This document shows, in pieces, positions 26,761-35,802 of a DNA stretch of 63,496 nt (position 1 is the stretch's first letter; every line of letters begins with the position of its first letter). The position numbers and the translations under genes are program-made. Where the stretch lies: positions 1 to 63,496 of IMG/VR virus record IMGVR_UViG_3300012920_000036; one strand, written 5' to 3'. Below the pieces are notes generated by a model that saw only the letters and a list, made by a program, of their open reading frames with translations, did not search any database and was not told the DNA's origin. Source of the stretch: a virus (lineage: Duplodnaviria; Caudoviricetes).

Positions 26761-27323
26761 TGGAATACAATTCAGAAAAAGAAAAAGAAGAATTATATAA
26801 GACAATAGCAGAAAGCTACTTAAAGAAGCATGGGCTAGATCATTGGACAGTTAAGATAACGAACACGAAGAGAGTATTGGGTTCATGTAACAGCAGTAAG
26901 AAAATCTTATCCCTGTCTAAGCATCACATCAAACACAGCACAGACACAGAGATCGAAGACACCATCAAGCATGAGATAGCCCATGCGTTAGCCAACAACC
27001 TTTACGCTGAGAACGTAGGGCATGATAAGCGATGGAAGGCTGTCGCCAAGATAGTTGGAGCCATCCCCAAGCGAGCATCAAAGCAAGGCCCACCTCACAA
27101 GTACGAGCTTGTCGATAAACGCTCCGGCAAAGTGATACTCAAGTATCACAGGAAGCCAAGAGGGTGGCGTAACATTCCTACTAGTTGGAGCCTAGTAGGA
27201 GATGAATCAAGTAAGGGACATCTTGGGCTGTATGAAGTCGAGGTGTCGGAGATTACAAACCCATTTCTAAAAACAGATAAGAATAAACCAGCATACATGG
27301 TTAAAAGGAAACTAGTAGAATAA
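26760..27323 (+). CDS. SprT-like zinc metalloprotease
   Basis: LGSC...LS...HEIAH...GHD..WK. Confidence 0.85.
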   Translation: MEYNSEKEKEELYKTIAESYLKKHGLDHWTVKITNTKRVLGSCNSSKKILSLSKHHIKHSTDTEIEDTIKHEIAHALANNLYAENVGHDKRWKAVAKIVGAIPKRASKQGPPHKYELVDKRSGKVILKYHRKPRGWRNIPTSWSLVGDESSKGHLGLYEVEVSEITNPFLKTDKNKPAYMVKRKLVE

Positions 27324-27598
27324 TGAAAATAAGAGAGATAAAAGAACTGCGGAAAGGGGCGAAGCTTCCTCTTCCGCCTAAAGGAATTGCTCACGCAGAT
27401 GCTTTGACTAAGCAGTATTGCGCTGATGAATCGTTCACTCAGTTATGCAAGAGAGTACCCACGCTTGACCTAGAATATTGCGAGCCGGGATCGAAACGCT
27501 ATGAAGATTTAAAATTATTAAGGCATTATTACAGATGCCAAACAGGGCGTAATGCGTACCCAGAACATCACACAGATATTAAAGAAACTAATAAATGA
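27323..27598 (+). CDS. Hypothetical protein
   Basis: ORF track. Confidence 0.55.
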   Translation: MKIREIKELRKGAKLPLPPKGIAHADALTKQYCADESFTQLCKRVPTLDLEYCEPGSKRYEDLKLLRHYYRCQTGRNAYPEHHTDIKETNK

Positions 27599-27957
27599 TG
27601 ATAAATAATTTTGAAGAGTTCATTAAGGCGAGAGGGTTCGGAGAGAAGAGTGAAGCTGATGTGGGAAGAAACACATACAAGTACACATCATGCGGAGCTT
27701 TCTTTGCCAAGGAAGATTGGGGTGTTGTGGTTGGCTCCATCGTGGAGGGAGTTGACTACGGCACAGAGACACACGCTTTGAAATATGCATTCGACATTAA
27801 AGAATTTTGGGATGCATTAGAGCAAGTGGAGAAGGAAGCAGATCAAATATGGAAGGCGACTCATGGTTGTGATGATTGCGGAGAAGAGAATGAGTTTGGA
27901 TATATCCCTATCAACCCTGAGTGCAAAGCATGTGAAGGAGAAGGTGCGATAATATGA
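27595..27957 (+). CDS. Hypothetical phage protein with C-terminal Cys cluster
   Basis: YKYTSCGA...GSIVEG.D; CDDC...CKACEG. Confidence 0.65.
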   Translation: MMINNFEEFIKARGFGEKSEADVGRNTYKYTSCGAFFAKEDWGVVVGSIVEGVDYGTETHALKYAFDIKEFWDALEQVEKEADQIWKATHGCDDCGEENEFGYIPINPECKACEGEGAII

Positions 27958-28307
27958 AATACATAATACCACTAATAATAATGGCTGCCGCCTACATGAC
28001 AGGCGGATCAACAGAGACTGAAGCCTCCTGGTATGGAGAGAAGTACCGAGGTAAATTGTGTGCCAATGGGACACCGTTTAATCCTGACAAGATGACGTGT
28101 GCATCTTGGGACTATCCATTCGGTACGATGCTTGAGGTGAGTTATCAAGGCAGAAAGATCCATGTAAAAGTGACAGATCGTGGGCCTGCCAAGAGATACT
28201 ACAACAAGGGAAGGAAGTTAGACTTGAGCAAGGCAGCATTTGCCAAGTTGACACAGGGGAATACTGATATAGGAATAATAAGAGTACGCATTACTGTTGT
28301 GAAATGA
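27954..28307 (+). CDS. RlpA-like double-psi beta-barrel lytic transglycosylase
   Basis: ASWYG...ANG..F...TCA...PFGT...VTDRGP...LDLS..AF; N-terminal signal. Confidence 0.9.
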   Translation: MKYIIPLIIMAAAYMTGGSTETEASWYGEKYRGKLCANGTPFNPDKMTCASWDYPFGTMLEVSYQGRKIHVKVTDRGPAKRYYNKGRKLDLSKAAFAKLTQGNTDIGIIRVRITVVK

Positions 28308-28498
28308 AACTAGAGAAACCAAGGGGGGCGACACACGCTAGGATAGTGACGCCGGAGAAAAAGAAATCCATTGCATCAATCAAGGACATCGATGTGTTTG
28401 TTGGCACAACTGGTGTGATTACTTGGTTGAAGGAGACAAGGGGAAACACCTTCAAGGAACTGGGGTCGATAGCCTTTGATGGTGAATTAGAAACTTGA
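28304..28498 (+). CDS. Hypothetical protein
   Basis: ORF track. Confidence 0.55.
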   Translation: MKLEKPRGATHARIVTPEKKKSIASIKDIDVFVGTTGVITWLKETRGNTFKELGSIAFDGELET

Positions 28499-28499
28499 T

Positions 28500-28509
28500 T
28501 GTCACCTTA
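28500..28509 (+). promoter_or_regulatory. TGTCACCTTA motif directly before the MTase start
   Basis: Exact intergenic copy. Confidence 0.6.
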
Positions 28510-28514
28510 AAAAA

Positions 28515-29561
28515 ATGGTAAACAAAACGGGTGTGGATTGTCCCACCACGACTCACATCTCTTTATGCACCGGCTGTGCAGGGCTTGACCTCGGACTACG
28601 AGCAGTTATCCCATCTCTTCGCACAGTACTTTATGTGGAGATCGAAGCCTTCAATTGCTCCAACTTGGCGCAGAAGATGCAACACAACTCCTTGGATGAA
28701 GCACCTATTTGGACTGATCTTACATCCGTCCCTGTGGAAAACTTTCGAGACAAGGTATTCGCAATCTCTGGAGGCTATCCATGTCAGCCCTTCTCATTTT
28801 GTGGAAGCAGACAAGGCGAAGAAGACGAAGGAGGCAGACACCTCTGGCCGTTTTGTCGCAGAACAATTCGAGCTATTCGACCTGTCTTCTGTATGTGGGA
28901 GAATGTCGAAGGACACATCACGCTTGGACTGTCAACAGTCATTAGCGATATGGAACACGATGGTTACCGCGCAACGTGGGGATTATTCTCAGCGCAAGTC
29001 GATGCAGATGCTCCGCACCAGAGAAAGAGAGTGTTCATCCTTGGCTTGCGGGAAGATGTCGATGCCGAAATCTTCAAGGACATCTGTCCAGAACTGGCCG
29101 ACGCCGACAACTCAAGACTGGAGAGATGGCTCGTCGAGGCGGAACGAGGACAACCTAGCGAGGGGTGGCAACCATGCAGTCAGCCTACAGCACAAGGTGC
29201 AGGCGGAGAACTGGCCGACACCAACGGTCAGCGACTACAAGGGCAGCGGCCCGATGACTATGAGGGACGACGGGGTAACAAGGATGTGCCGTCTGGACTA
29301 CGCAGTCGAACAGTCTGGCCAGCCAGACCAGGTGAGCCGCAAGAATCCTGGGAACCACCAAGAACAATTGAAGTCGGTGAGACTGAATCCGAGATGGGTG
29401 GAGACTTTGATGGGCTTGCCGGTGGGCTGGGTGATGCCGAGTTGTACGTCTCCTGTGACAATCGAGTAGACGAGTTACGAACATTGGGCAACTCAGTTGT
29501 CCCGCAGTCTGCTAGTGCTGCGTTTCTTCATCTAGCAAAAAGACTAATCCAGAATAAATAA
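28515..29561 (+). CDS. DNA (cytosine-5) methyltransferase, alpha-type chain
   Basis: Motifs I (SLCTGCAG), IV (GYPCQPFS), VI (ENV), VIII (QRKRVF), X (LGNSVVP); motif IX absent. Confidence 0.9.
   Translation: MVNKTGVDCPTTTHISLCTGCAGLDLGLRAVIPSLRTVLYVEIEAFNCSNLAQKMQHNSLDEAPIWTDLTSVPVENFRDKVFAISGGYPCQPFSFCGSRQGEEDEGGRHLWPFCRRTIRAIRPVFCMWENVEGHITLGLSTVISDMEHDGYRATWGLFSAQVDADAPHQRKRVFILGLREDVDAEIFKDICPELADADNSRLERWLVEAERGQPSEGWQPCSQPTAQGAGGELADTNGQRLQGQRPDDYEGRRGNKDVPSGLRSRTVWPARPGEPQESWEPPRTIEVGETESEMGGDFDGLAGGLGDAELYVSCDNRVDELRTLGNSVVPQSASAAFLHLAKRLIQNK
28531..29469 (+). CDS. Overlapping +1-frame ORF, putative MTase beta chain (TRD and motif IX)
   Basis: 312 codons open inside the MTase gene; two WPTP repeats and RLNPRWVETLMGLPVGW. 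Confidence 0.7.
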   Translation: MWIVPPRLTSLYAPAVQGLTSDYEQLSHLFAQYFMWRSKPSIAPTWRRRCNTTPWMKHLFGLILHPSLWKTFETRYSQSLEAIHVSPSHFVEADKAKKTKEADTSGRFVAEQFELFDLSSVCGRMSKDTSRLDCQQSLAIWNTMVTAQRGDYSQRKSMQMLRTRERECSSLACGKMSMPKSSRTSVQNWPTPTTQDWRDGSSRRNEDNLARGGNHAVSLQHKVQAENWPTPTVSDYKGSGPMTMRDDGVTRMCRLDYAVEQSGQPDQVSRKNPGNHQEQLKSVRLNPRWVETLMGLPVGWVMPSCTSPVTIE

Positions 29562-29562
29562 C

Positions 29563-29895
29563 ATGACAGTATACCGTTGTGGTGGGGTTAAGCCTCATCA
29601 GATAAGGGAGACTGTTGAACGTGTGCTGCATGACCATCCTCATTCGATGGTTATCGATGGGCATTTGCCTGCCGTCAGCGCATATCAACAGCCAGTAGTA
29701 TTTGTGTACTTCTTGGGCTTCGACATACTTGGTTACTTCCAAAAGCCAAGTCTTGTTGAAGGAGTGACCGGCGTGGTCACCAAGCTTGAGTATCTTGGGC
29801 CACTCAAGAGTGCATATTCGGCCAAATACCTAGAGTATTTGGAGAACCATTGCCGAATCTATTCGGCGTTTACAAACTGGGTTGAGGTGGACTAG
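29563..29895 (+). CDS. Hypothetical protein
   Basis: ORF track. Confidence 0.55.
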   Translation: MTVYRCGGVKPHQIRETVERVLHDHPHSMVIDGHLPAVSAYQQPVVFVYFLGFDILGYFQKPSLVEGVTGVVTKLEYLGPLKSAYSAKYLEYLENHCRIYSAFTNWVEVD

Positions 29896-29924
29896 CCTCG
29901 GCCCTTCAAGAAAGGAACTAAGTA

Positions 29925-30524
29925 ATGAAAACAGTATACCCAACACACATTGGAGTAACCGTGCATGACTATGAAATTGAACAAGCAGCCAACCATGCAA
30001 GTGAGTTTGCCTCGACTGAAGAACACACGCATCGATTGCCGTACGAAGTTGAAGAACCCAAGTTGCATTGGAGAGTAAGTGCAGATAACCACGGAGAGAC
30101 TCAACATGTTTATGAATCGTTTGATCTTGATGTACATGGTGGGCTTATTAGGCGGGGAGATGATGGCAAGCCAGCGGAGTTTGATACTGAGGATGAAGCG
30201 TGGAAGTTTGCGGAGAAAGAGCAAGCCAAGGTAATTCAAAAGCTAACCGATGAAATCAAATCCTATGCTGTTGAGCTACCGACTTGGGTTTGGATCGATC
30301 TTCACGCCCATTATGAAAATGTTAGAGGCACAACTAATCACACCATAATTGAAATAGAAATAGGTGATGATGTTATCAAGGCACACGCTGAGTATGGTGG
30401 GCCACAAAGAAATAGTGAAACAGGAGATGATATATGGGCATTCGGCAGGGCGTTGAAAGAGTTTAAACAGAAACTAGAAGCACACTTCGGCGGGTCGATA
30501 CCAGAAGAGAAAGCAAAAGCATGA
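29925..30524 (+). CDS. Hypothetical acidic protein
   Basis: ORF track. Confidence 0.6.
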   Translation: MKTVYPTHIGVTVHDYEIEQAANHASEFASTEEHTHRLPYEVEEPKLHWRVSADNHGETQHVYESFDLDVHGGLIRRGDDGKPAEFDTEDEAWKFAEKEQAKVIQKLTDEIKSYAVELPTWVWIDLHAHYENVRGTTNHTIIEIEIGDDVIKAHAEYGGPQRNSETGDDIWAFGRALKEFKQKLEAHFGGSIPEEKAKA

Positions 30525-30703
30525 AAATAGTTAACAAAAATGAGTTACACCTAGAAGATGACAAGTTGGTGTACGTTCACGTTGGAGGGCGGGTCATCTA
30601 CATCGACAATAGTACAGGCGAGATGCTTGTAGAGATGTGGAGAGATGACGGGGGCTTACCACCTGTAAAAAGTAAGATTTTGCATAGAGAGGAATCAGAT
30701 TAA
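30521..30703 (+). CDS. Hypothetical protein
   Basis: ORF track; VIYIDNSTGE motif. Confidence 0.55.
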   Translation: MKIVNKNELHLEDDKLVYVHVGGRVIYIDNSTGEMLVEMWRDDGGLPPVKSKILHREESD

Positions 30704-30704
30704 G

Positions 30705-31145
30705 ATGAAACTTCACAAACACTTACTGAATGCAGACACCTATGAATGGCTCTTGGACATTGATAGATATTATTTTACATTCAGCGACGATCTGGAAACT
30801 CTCTACGTTGAGTTCAGCAAATCTCCGATAACGCAAACGTATCATGCATACAAGAACGATAGTACCGATGAGATGTATTATGATTGGAGCCAAACATCAG
30901 CCAAGGCATCTGCCAATGCAGACACAAATGTTCAAGAAGATGCCTTGAGCGATGAAATGTGGACAGTTGTAAACCAAGTCGCCAAACTTCACTTCATAGC
31001 TAAAGAGCGTTATCTCTGGGATGAGTATGTAGACCCAGACGGACACACAACTGATGAGGAATGGGAGAGTGGCACAGTAGCTGACCGGATAATGCTAATG
31101 GACAAGTGCAGCATGTTAGAGGTTGTTGATCTTGTCCCTCAGTAA
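30705..31145 (+). CDS. Hypothetical acidic protein
   Basis: ORF track. Confidence 0.6.
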   Translation: MKLHKHLLNADTYEWLLDIDRYYFTFSDDLETLYVEFSKSPITQTYHAYKNDSTDEMYYDWSQTSAKASANADTNVQEDALSDEMWTVVNQVAKLHFIAKERYLWDEYVDPDGHTTDEEWESGTVADRIMLMDKCSMLEVVDLVPQ

Positions 31146-31172
31146 CTAATCCGCCATGCTGCGGAATTTCCC

Positions 31173-31201
31173 TTGACCCAATCAAGTATTGTGTCACCTT
31201 A
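31173..31201 (+). promoter_or_regulatory. TTGACC -35-like element with TGTCACCTTA over the -10 position
   Basis: TTGACCCA at 31173; motif at 31192-31201. Confidence 0.5.
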
Positions 31202-31662
31202 AATTCTGTTTGAACAAAATCGTATACAGATTTTGGGATCAGATTGATAGGTATCCCCCCTGTCTTGTTAGGTTGCTGGCTAGAATCCCAAGGGGTAGGC
31301 CACTAACCAATTCGGAGATAGCAGAGAAATCCGGCTTGTCTGAGGGGCAAGTCGTGTCGTTAAGCCATTGCACCAACTGGGCGGGGGTGGATATCTATCA
31401 GCTAAAGGCATTCAGTCAGGCGTGTGGAGTTGACCTGTTTAATTCCAAGGACATGCGGAGAGTGACTGACTACATAAGAAAGCGTCCGTCATTCAGATAT
31501 CTCAAAGCGTCAGGTGAATGGGATGTTTTCTACAAGCCTTTGGTTGTGAAGTGGGTAAGTCATTATGAATCTACCAAAGGAAGACCTAGACAAGGCGGTG
31601 CTGAACAGCCGGAAGATAAGGAATGCGAACAAGAGTATACAGGGCTGGCAGAAACGGATTGA
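31189..31662 (+). CDS. HTH-containing regulator-like protein
   Basis: LTNSEIAEKSGLSEGQV HTH pattern; start uncertain (possibly TTG 31210). Confidence 0.65.
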   Translation: MCHLKFCLNKIVYRFWDQIDRYPPCLVRLLARIPRGRPLTNSEIAEKSGLSEGQVVSLSHCTNWAGVDIYQLKAFSQACGVDLFNSKDMRRVTDYIRKRPSFRYLKASGEWDVFYKPLVVKWVSHYESTKGRPRQGGAEQPEDKECEQEYTGLAETD

Positions 31663-31933
31663 TGATTCATTAAAAGAAAAGGAAGAACACACAGAGAATT
31701 TACTTAAATGTAATGCTGACATTAAAAGATTACAGGGCGAGATAAGAAGGCTGGGTGTGCTGTGCCAAGGTATCAACAAAAGAGTGGGAGGATACCAAGC
31801 GAAGGTACAAAAGCTGAAGCTTTCCATTAAGGATGAGGAGAAAAGATTGGAACAAAAGTTGGAAGATAAATGGGTAGAGAAAAAGAGACAGGAATTTAGA
31901 AGGAACTGTTACGTCAAAAACTTAAACATATGA
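31565..31933 (+). CDS. Coiled-coil hypothetical protein
   Basis: ORF track. Confidence 0.6.
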   Translation: MNLPKEDLDKAVLNSRKIRNANKSIQGWQKRIDDSLKEKEEHTENLLKCNADIKRLQGEIRRLGVLCQGINKRVGGYQAKVQKLKLSIKDEEKRLEQKLEDKWVEKKRQEFRRNCYVKNLNI

Positions 31934-33000
31934 AATTAAAGAAGAAGAAAGGAGTTTACTATGTCTCCTTTAAAACTGCTGAAGGAACAAAAGAAGTCAG
32001 CACTAGATGCACCAACAAGGATGCAGCGTTAAGAGTCTGCGAGCAGGCAGACATAGAGAAGATGGAAGCACTACTCAAGGCGAACTCCTTGAGGGAGGAT
32101 GTGTTTCAGAAGATGAAGGGTGGCGACAAGATAACCAATGAGCAGGCAATCGAGCAGTACACAGAGTGGTCTGCATCAATTGGTAAGTCTGAAAGAACTG
32201 TGCAGGAAACCGTCATCCACATTGAGAAGTTTCTCAAAGCCAAGAAGCTGATGAAGCAAAGGCCAAGCGCCATCAACGAGAAGCTGTTGTCCAGCCATAT
32301 CAACAGCAAGGCCAGCGACAATAAGGCCAGCACCAGACGTGTGATGTTGTCTGCCGTTGCAAATTACATTGAGTACTGCAATGCCAAGGGTTGGGTGGCT
32401 GGCAACCCAGCCAAGCTGGTTAAGATTAACAAGAAGAACCTGTCCCATTATCAGAAGGAAACAGAAGAGAAGAAGGTGTTTACTGATGATGAGGTTAAAT
32501 GGATTGAGGCAATGACCGATGGGTTCTGGAACGTGGCAGTACACCTATCTTACGAGACTGGCCTGCGTATCGGTGACATCTGCCGACTGGAGTGTGCATC
32601 CCACAACGTAGAGGAATCAACGCTGGCTGTGTGGACAGAGAAGAGGGACAAGCGTGTTGAACTACCGTTGAGTAAGAAGCTGAACCTCAAGCTGCACAAC
32701 TGGAAGGGCGACAAGAACAACACAAGGACGAAAGAGTTGTTCTTCCCTACTGAAAAGGAGAGGCACGAAGACCCAAAGAAACGTAGCTACCACTCAGTAA
32801 CATTCAGAAGAATTATGGAGGCTCTGGGTATCGAGGGTAAATCATTCCATAGTTTACGAGCTACCTATGCGACCAATGCCAGCATCAATGGCAGACCTTG
32901 GTGGGAGATTGCCAAGGACATGGGGCATACAGATGTGGCTACGACTCAGGTCTACATCAAGGACAAGAACAGGTACAAGCCTGTTGCTAAAGTGGTGTGA
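31930..33000 (+). CDS. Second tyrosine recombinase (integrase/Xer-like)
   Basis: TGLRIGD, FHSLRATYAT, MGH..., TQVY. Confidence 0.92.
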   Translation: MKLKKKKGVYYVSFKTAEGTKEVSTRCTNKDAALRVCEQADIEKMEALLKANSLREDVFQKMKGGDKITNEQAIEQYTEWSASIGKSERTVQETVIHIEKFLKAKKLMKQRPSAINEKLLSSHINSKASDNKASTRRVMLSAVANYIEYCNAKGWVAGNPAKLVKINKKNLSHYQKETEEKKVFTDDEVKWIEAMTDGFWNVAVHLSYETGLRIGDICRLECASHNVEESTLAVWTEKRDKRVELPLSKKLNLKLHNWKGDKNNTRTKELFFPTEKERHEDPKKRSYHSVTFRRIMEALGIEGKSFHSLRATYATNASINGRPWWEIAKDMGHTDVATTQVYIKDKNRYKPVAKVV

Positions 33001-33716
33001 GCGTTAAGGAACAGGTACTTTTAAACATCCACAAAGCCCTTGATGAAACCGAGGGCGACATAAAGCTGGCGGCAAAGTTGATCGACATGCCGCTCGCCAA
33101 GCTCAAGCGGTTAGTGAAGGAGACGCCTGACCTTCGCAGTAAGTGGGGCGATGACAGCGCAGGCCCACCTTCTGACTCGGAAACGGTGAACAGGACACCC
33201 ACAGTTAAACAAGATCCTGATGAAAAATTTGCCATTGAGTTAAAGAAACAGGACAGACTGCTCAAGTCTGGGCTTGCTGCTGTGGGCATACATGGGGCGG
33301 CAGCAGACGAGGCGGTAGCCTACTCTGTGTTCGCCAGACAATCCTTTGACAGCGTCCGTAACATGGTTGACGGTGGAGCAGCCAAGTTATTTGCCGATCT
33401 GATGTGCGATGTCCGTGAGGTAAGGGAAGAGATATCTCAGGGAACAGATGACATCGAGCGGGAGAAGGTGCTGCGAGAGGATAGGTCTAGGTTGGTGAAG
33501 CATCTGTTGGAATTAAACGACAGAGTTCAGAAAGCATCCTTCACTCAGGCTCAGATACTGGCAAAGAAAGAGGAGATGAAATCGGGTCGTAAGTCTGGTA
33601 AGCCAGGATTTACTCCGGTTCAAGCGATACAGATTAAGACAGATGCCAAGACGGTCACCATCAACGAAGGCACTTCCGAAAAGAATTCGGATACTAAACC
33701 TGACCTTCAAGATTAA
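32997..33716 (+). CDS. Hypothetical protein, possible terminase small subunit
   Basis: N-terminal Fis-like HTH pattern (GDIKLAAKLIDM), helical; upstream of TerL. Confidence 0.45.
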   Translation: MSVKEQVLLNIHKALDETEGDIKLAAKLIDMPLAKLKRLVKETPDLRSKWGDDSAGPPSDSETVNRTPTVKQDPDEKFAIELKKQDRLLKSGLAAVGIHGAAADEAVAYSVFARQSFDSVRNMVDGGAAKLFADLMCDVREVREEISQGTDDIEREKVLREDRSRLVKHLLELNDRVQKASFTQAQILAKKEEMKSGRKSGKPGFTPVQAIQIKTDAKTVTINEGTSEKNSDTKPDLQD

Positions 33717-33981
33717 GTGGCTGGACAGAGCCATGCACAATGCCGCTGATGCATATGGTTTTTGTTGTTACGACACACAAACCATCGCCATCACCGCCGG
33801 TCTTGAAAAAGATCAGATGGCTGACGTGGTGTTGCATGAGATAATTCATGGTGTGTATTACGCTATGGGTTTAAAGGAAAGCAGCGACGAAGAAAAGGTA
33901 GCACATCGATTAGCCACAGGGTTGTGTACCGTTTTCAAATCTAACCCAAAGTTTTTTAAGTGGTGGAGTGAGTTACTTTAA
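33643..33981 (+). CDS. Small HExxH zincin-like phage protein
   Basis: YGFC...I.I...VVLHEIIH...EE. Confidence 0.75.
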   Translation: MPRRSPSTKALPKRIRILNLTFKIKWLDRAMHNAADAYGFCCYDTQTIAITAGLEKDQMADVVLHEIIHGVYYAMGLKESSDEEKVAHRLATGLCTVFKSNPKFFKWWSELL

Positions 33982-35473
33982 TGAGGATGACATCGAGGCG
34001 TTGGCAACAACAACCCTCAGTAAGACTGGGCCAAAGCCTAAAGGCACATGGTCACCAGACCTCAACCCCACTCAGCAAAAAATATTCGATACCCCTGCAA
34101 GATTCGTACTTGGCTACGGGGAAAAAGGTTCCGGCAAAACAATAGCCTTTGGTCACAAGGTTATCCGCCACGCATTTGAGAACAACAATGCGCTGGTTCT
34201 AATCATTGCACCATCCATACGAACAGGTTCCGAAGGTATCTGGCACGATCTTGATACTTTAATAATCCCTGCTTGGGAGGATGGTATTGGCTTGGAGACT
34301 ACGGCTGCAAAGCTAGACCCAAATACAAAGGACAGGCATCGGTGGGTTAAGAATCGTTTCGATGGTTGGTCAAAGCTATTACTTGTTTCCATTCCATATG
34401 CTGCCGCCGTTGAGCAACGGGTCAAAGGCCCAGCGCCATCGATGGTTTATGTGGATGAGATTACCAACTGCGAGGGGCGGGAGTATATGACATACCCAGC
34501 CGCGCAGCTTGGCAGGCGGCGTGGTATTGATGGGCCACAGCAATTCTGTGCCTCATGTAACCCAGAAGGGCCATCGAACTGGGTGTACAAAGTATTCTTT
34601 GAGGAGTGTTACGACGAGGATACCGGCGAGAAAGACCCAGACATGGAGACTTACCATGTCCCGATCACGGAAAACCTAGACAGGTTGCCGGACGGATACG
34701 TCGAGAACCTCCATCGAATACTCAGAACTGACCCAATTGAAAAGCGCAGGCTGATAGATGGTGAATGGGTTGACCGTCCCACCGGAGAAGCCCTGTTCCG
34801 AGACTACTTCCAGCCAAACATGCACATCAAGGGAGACGCAATGAGTGGGGATGGGCTGGTTCCAATTAAAGGATACCCAATCATTATCGGGTATGACCTT
34901 GGTCAGGTGTTCAGTTCGGTGACCTTTCTCCAGTTGGTTCCGACCAAGGAAAAACTGGTGTGGATGGTGATCGATGAAGCAGATCACCTTGGAGAACGCA
35001 TACTTTATAAGCGATTAGTGCAGGAGATTCTCCAGAAAATGGCTAAGTGGGACAGGAGAATGAGCCATTCTTTTAAATACCAGCACATATCTGACTCCAG
35101 CAGTATCAATCAATGGCATCCTGGTGGCGAAGGTAGCTATGATTCATGGGACATAGAGCGGTTTAGTGACGGTAAGATTAAGCTACAGGGATGCCCGAAG
35201 GGTAGTGGCAGCGTGGAGGCAAGGGTCAGAATCCTGCAAAGCAAGCTGTTCCAAGATGAATTTTATGTGTCAGCCGTCTGCCAGAACACAATTGATACCC
35301 TCAACAACCTAGAGGGTGACGATAAAACCGGCATAAAACCAAAGCGTTCCAAGTATATTCACAAGTTTGACAGCATATCCTATCCGTTATTAAAGATGGA
35401 GCTAACGGGAGCCAGAAACTACTTGCCACAGGAAAATGTCCGGCCACACTTAATACATTGCGGAGTTGATTGA
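33968..35473 (+). CDS. Terminase large subunit
   Basis: GEKGSGKT, VYVDE, SCNP, LIDGEW, GYDLG nuclease motif. Confidence 0.92.
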   Translation: MSYFNEDDIEALATTTLSKTGPKPKGTWSPDLNPTQQKIFDTPARFVLGYGEKGSGKTIAFGHKVIRHAFENNNALVLIIAPSIRTGSEGIWHDLDTLIIPAWEDGIGLETTAAKLDPNTKDRHRWVKNRFDGWSKLLLVSIPYAAAVEQRVKGPAPSMVYVDEITNCEGREYMTYPAAQLGRRRGIDGPQQFCASCNPEGPSNWVYKVFFEECYDEDTGEKDPDMETYHVPITENLDRLPDGYVENLHRILRTDPIEKRRLIDGEWVDRPTGEALFRDYFQPNMHIKGDAMSGDGLVPIKGYPIIIGYDLGQVFSSVTFLQLVPTKEKLVWMVIDEADHLGERILYKRLVQEILQKMAKWDRRMSHSFKYQHISDSSSINQWHPGGEGSYDSWDIERFSDGKIKLQGCPKGSGSVEARVRILQSKLFQDEFYVSAVCQNTIDTLNNLEGDDKTGIKPKRSKYIHKFDSISYPLLKMELTGARNYLPQENVRPHLIHCGVD

Positions 35474-35478
35474 TACTT

Positions 35479-35802
35479 ATGGCTAAGTCAAACGACTATA
35501 GAAAGGCAGCTACCGGCTCATCACCTAAGTCTAAGATGAGGTGTGGCGAGGTACGTCGAAGCACTAGAGCCGGTAAAAAGATAATGAAGAAGTACTGCGT
35601 GGGCGGAAAAGAAAAGCTAGTTCACGCAGGGGCAAAGGGATATGGCCATAACTACAGCGCCGCTGCTCGTAAGTCTTTCAATGCTAGGCACAATTGCTCT
35701 TCCGCTAAAGCAGGCACAGCAAGGCACTTGGCCTGTACTGAACTTTGGAAATCTGGTGGCAGAAAAAAATCAAATCCTAAATCTCGTAAAGGTAAATACT
35801 AA
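35479..35802 (+). CDS. Small basic protein (SFNARHNC...ARHLACTELW)
   Basis: ORF track, start adjusted; motif resembles small basic proteins of aquatic phages. Confidence 0.7.
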   Translation: MAKSNDYRKAATGSSPKSKMRCGEVRRSTRAGKKIMKKYCVGGKEKLVHAGAKGYGHNYSAAARKSFNARHNCSSAKAGTARHLACTELWKSGGRKKSNPKSRKGKY

